A DNA stretch of 25,633 bases, from positions 1 to 25,633 of the IMG/VR virus record IMGVR_UViG_3300012952_000121. The stretch is one strand, 5' to 3'. Positions 23,219-25,633 of this stretch are shown here, piece after piece. The notes under the pieces are model-generated. The model saw only the letters and a list, made by a program, of their open reading frames with translations, was not told where the DNA came from and ran no database searches. The position numbers and the translations under genes are program-made. This DNA is from a virus (taxonomy: Duplodnaviria > Caudoviricetes). Numbering within the stretch: position 1 is the first letter of the stretch; each line of letters starts with the position of its first letter.

Positions 23219-24127
23219 TTAGCTCAGGGGTGTCTCACCGCTGGGGTTGGTGCCGCTCGTCAGTGGTCCGGTGAGCGAATAGTGCGCAGTCCAATCCACC
23301 TGGCGCGAAGAACCAGAGCCCGCAGTCCGTCCGACACAGACCCATACGTACAGCTTCGTGGTTCCGTTCGTTGACCGCCCAAAACGCTGGCCCAGGGCAA
23401 ATGTCTGCATGCCCCCCCAGGCGTCACCATTGTCATACCGCCCACGCCAATGCAGTTTGTCCGTCTTGGGAGAGCCTGCAACGTCGATCCCGTTTGCCGT
23501 CAGATTTTCCTGAGGCAGGATCGAAAACTCGAACTCGACCCGGTTGGTGGCCTTGCGACCAGAGGCAACGAGCGCCTCCGTGATGTTCTGCAGCCCGGTG
23601 CGGTTGGTGTTGATCACACCCGACGGGCTTCCCGTCGCAGTATTGCGGACCAGGGCCCGATACAGACGGGATGTTGAGGTCCAGGACTCAAGGCCCGCGC
23701 CTGCGATGTCTGCAGGGGTGGGGAAGTTTGCCGGGTCGGATGTGAGACCCATCAATACATACGTACGAGATCCCGGGGGTGGGTTGTTGTTGCCCCCGGT
23801 GGTGGAGCCATCGCTCGTTGCATACCCAGTGTTCGGGAAGGTGATCACACCCCGGAAGTGAACGGGCTTGTCTGTGTAGTCAAGCGAGGAGCCGTCCACG
23901 GCAGAGGTCAGCTCCTTGTACCAGACACAGGCATCCACATAGTTGGCGTTTCCCGTGGTGTCGATCGTGGCGCTATTCACCCCGCCTGTGTGACTGATCG
24001 CGGTGGCCGTTCCGTCTGGATCTGTTTTGGTCCAGTCTGCAGACGTAATATCTACAGTCTCCCAATCATCATCCGTGGCGGAGCCTCCGCCGCCGCCTGC
24101 TGGCGCTCTGTATGTGAATGGGGGCAT
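23219..24127 (-). CDS. Putative tail-tip / receptor-binding protein
   Basis: 302 aa, G/T/S-rich beta protein with a short N-terminal segment and a GGGGGS hinge; at the end of the tail module. Confidence 0.5.
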   Translation of the reverse strand: MPPFTYRAPAGGGGGSATDDDWETVDITSADWTKTDPDGTATAISHTGGVNSATIDTTGNANYVDACVWYKELTSAVDGSSLDYTDKPVHFRGVITFPNTGYATSDGSTTGGNNNPPPGSRTYVLMGLTSDPANFPTPADIAGAGLESWTSTSRLYRALVRNTATGSPSGVINTNRTGLQNITEALVASGRKATNRVEFEFSILPQENLTANGIDVAGSPKTDKLHWRGRYDNGDAWGGMQTFALGQRFGRSTNGTTKLYVWVCVGRTAGSGSSRQVDWTAHYSLTGPLTSGTNPSGETPLS

Positions 24128-24444
24128 CAGTCACCATCCGTGACAATGATCGACGCTACAGTGCTTGCAGACCCCGAAGCCAGGAAGACGCTGTGGCTGC
24201 CTGCGCTGCGGGGGATGTCGTAGTACCAGGCACTGTCCGCGGGGACTGGAAAGCTCTCCTCGGTGGTGATCACCGTCGCATCCGTTCCACTGCTCAGGAC
24301 CTTCCCAGCCGCGGCTGTAAATACGATCTCCACCCGGCGAGCGTTGGCGCCGATCTGGATCTCCTGCATGGTGTCGGGTGTTCCGGACAGTGTCACGTTC
24401 TTCACGTGCGGGTAACTGTTCGTCAGCATTGATACGGCGGCCAT
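24127..24444 (-). CDS. Small beta-rich virion protein
   Basis: AGGAGA RBS; 105 aa; TGATG-coupled to the next gene. Confidence 0.6.
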   Translation of the reverse strand: MAAVSMLTNSYPHVKNVTLSGTPDTMQEIQIGANARRVEIVFTAAAGKVLSSGTDATVITTEESFPVPADSAWYYDIPRSAGSHSVFLASGSASTVASIIVTDGD

Positions 24445-24472
24445 GGGTTCTCTCCTGTGTGTGTATTTTATA

Positions 24473-25633
24473 TCACATCGAGTCGCGTGCCCAGTTTGAC
24501 ACAGTTGTCACTGTTATTTCGCACGAGCCAGGAGCCCGTACGATGCCTGTCACAAGGCACACCACCTGGCTCCAGTTGATCTCGAAGTCTGTCAAGGTGA
24601 CAACGTCGCCGACCTCCAGGGCCTGGTACGACTGGGGCACCCTGTACGAGACTGTGCGGTGTGTCTGTGCATGCCTGCGGATGCGCCAGTCCAGGATCTG
24701 TGCTGCGGTCTCATCACGACAGACGGCCGGCGCCTCGATGACCAAGCCCCCCCGCTTGCCGTATCGGGTGAACGATTCGTATGCGTACGGGTTGCGCATC
24801 TGTGTGAGGTCCCGATAGTCCGGATCGTAGCTGTAGGTGAGAGACTTACGGAACTTCCCGCCGGGCCCATCTGGGCAGTACTGGATCGTGATCTCGTTGT
24901 AGACATCGTCCACGGCTGAGACCTCAACAGAAGACAGCCGGTCACTGTTGATCCGTGACATGTCGATCTCTTCGGATGCATCTGCTGCAGTGGCTGACCA
25001 GTTCCAGTACACAAACCCGAGGCCATCCGGGCGGATCTGAGGACTGAGCGGAACACAGGGCAGGATGTCTTCCAGGATGGTCTCAAATGGGCTGCGGGGT
25101 TCGTTGAACCAGAAATCAAGCTGGATGTTGTTGACCTCCTGCAGCACAGCACGAGAGCGCAGGGTGTCCACCCGCAAGCCTGAGCGGCCCAGCAGATACT
25201 CGATGATCTCACCGGCTCCGGCCATGGGCCCAGTGCGCAGGGTGTTCGGCACCCCGCCACAGTCAGACCAGGCTACCCAGATCTCCGTGCCCGGAGCCAC
25301 ATACCCGGGGGCCTCTTCGCCGGTTGCTGGCGGTACGCCATACTCTATGGCGGTGACCATGCGCCCGCGCGCGTCTGTGGTGTGGATGGGGGTTTTGCTC
25401 ATCGTGGTCTTGTTCGTCTCGTTGAAGACCTGAACAGTCCCAGCGCTGCCTGTCTTCCAGGTCTCATGGCCTGCGATGATGAGGGTTGCGTCGTTGGTGA
25501 TGTTGTCCCCTGCGGTGGTGTCAATCTTGACGAGTAGGGCAGGGGTGGCACCGATGAACCCAGAGCCGCGGCCCTTCCAGTCAGGAGGAGCGAAGCGGCC
25601 AGGCTCGCCGAAGACCACAGGGTAGAACTGTCC
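24473..25633 (-). CDS. Tail baseplate-hub-like protein (5'-truncated)
   Basis: Frame open to the window edge (GQFYPVVFGEPG...). C-terminal VYNEITIQY...SFTRYG...ETAAQI...ALEVGDVVTL is typical of phage tail hub proteins. Confidence 0.7.
   Translation of the reverse strand, partial: GQFYPVVFGEPGRFAPPDWKGRGSGFIGATPALLVKIDTTAGDNITNDATLIIAGHETWKTGSAGTVQVFNETNKTTMSKTPIHTTDARGRMVTAIEYGVPPATGEEAPGYVAPGTEIWVAWSDCGGVPNTLRTGPMAGAGEIIEYLLGRSGLRVDTLRSRAVLQEVNNIQLDFWFNEPRSPFETILEDILPCVPLSPQIRPDGLGFVYWNWSATAADASEEIDMSRINSDRLSSVEVSAVDDVYNEITIQYCPDGPGGKFRKSLTYSYDPDYRDLTQMRNPYAYESFTRYGKRGGLVIEAPAVCRDETAAQILDWRIRRHAQTHRTVSYRVPQSYQALEVGDVVTLTDFEINWSQVVCLVTGIVRAPGSCEITVTTVSNWARDSM

Overview
The whole window is a GC-rich (roughly 60-65% by eye) tailed dsDNA phage with siphovirus-like gene content and temperate features. 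No host genes are visible. Both edges fall inside the tail module, so this is probably most of a circularly permuted genome lacking the tape-measure/distal-tail segment. Minus strand 9194->1: terS, terL, portal, scaffold, major capsid, head/neck genes, tail tube, a G/GT-type tail chaperone and a partial ORF. Minus strand 25633->20206: tail hub, probable tail-tip proteins, amidase endolysin, holin-like genes and a metallophosphoesterase-fold protein. The middle holds a cI/cro-like switch, a short rightward operon (cro, RuvC-like resolvase), and a long leftward operon (annealing protein, SSB, xis-like, tyrosine integrase, Zn-finger ORFs, AEP primase, VapE-type helicase). It also holds an array of small genes with repeated 40-bp hairpin+RBS leaders and an AT-rich repeat region. 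The most striking observation is that terL is broken inside its Walker A motif by 5 extra nucleotides containing a TGA, just after a 13-bp hairpin: either a recoding (bypass/frameshift) site or a lesion/assembly error. All product calls come from motif recognition and synteny; no searches were run.
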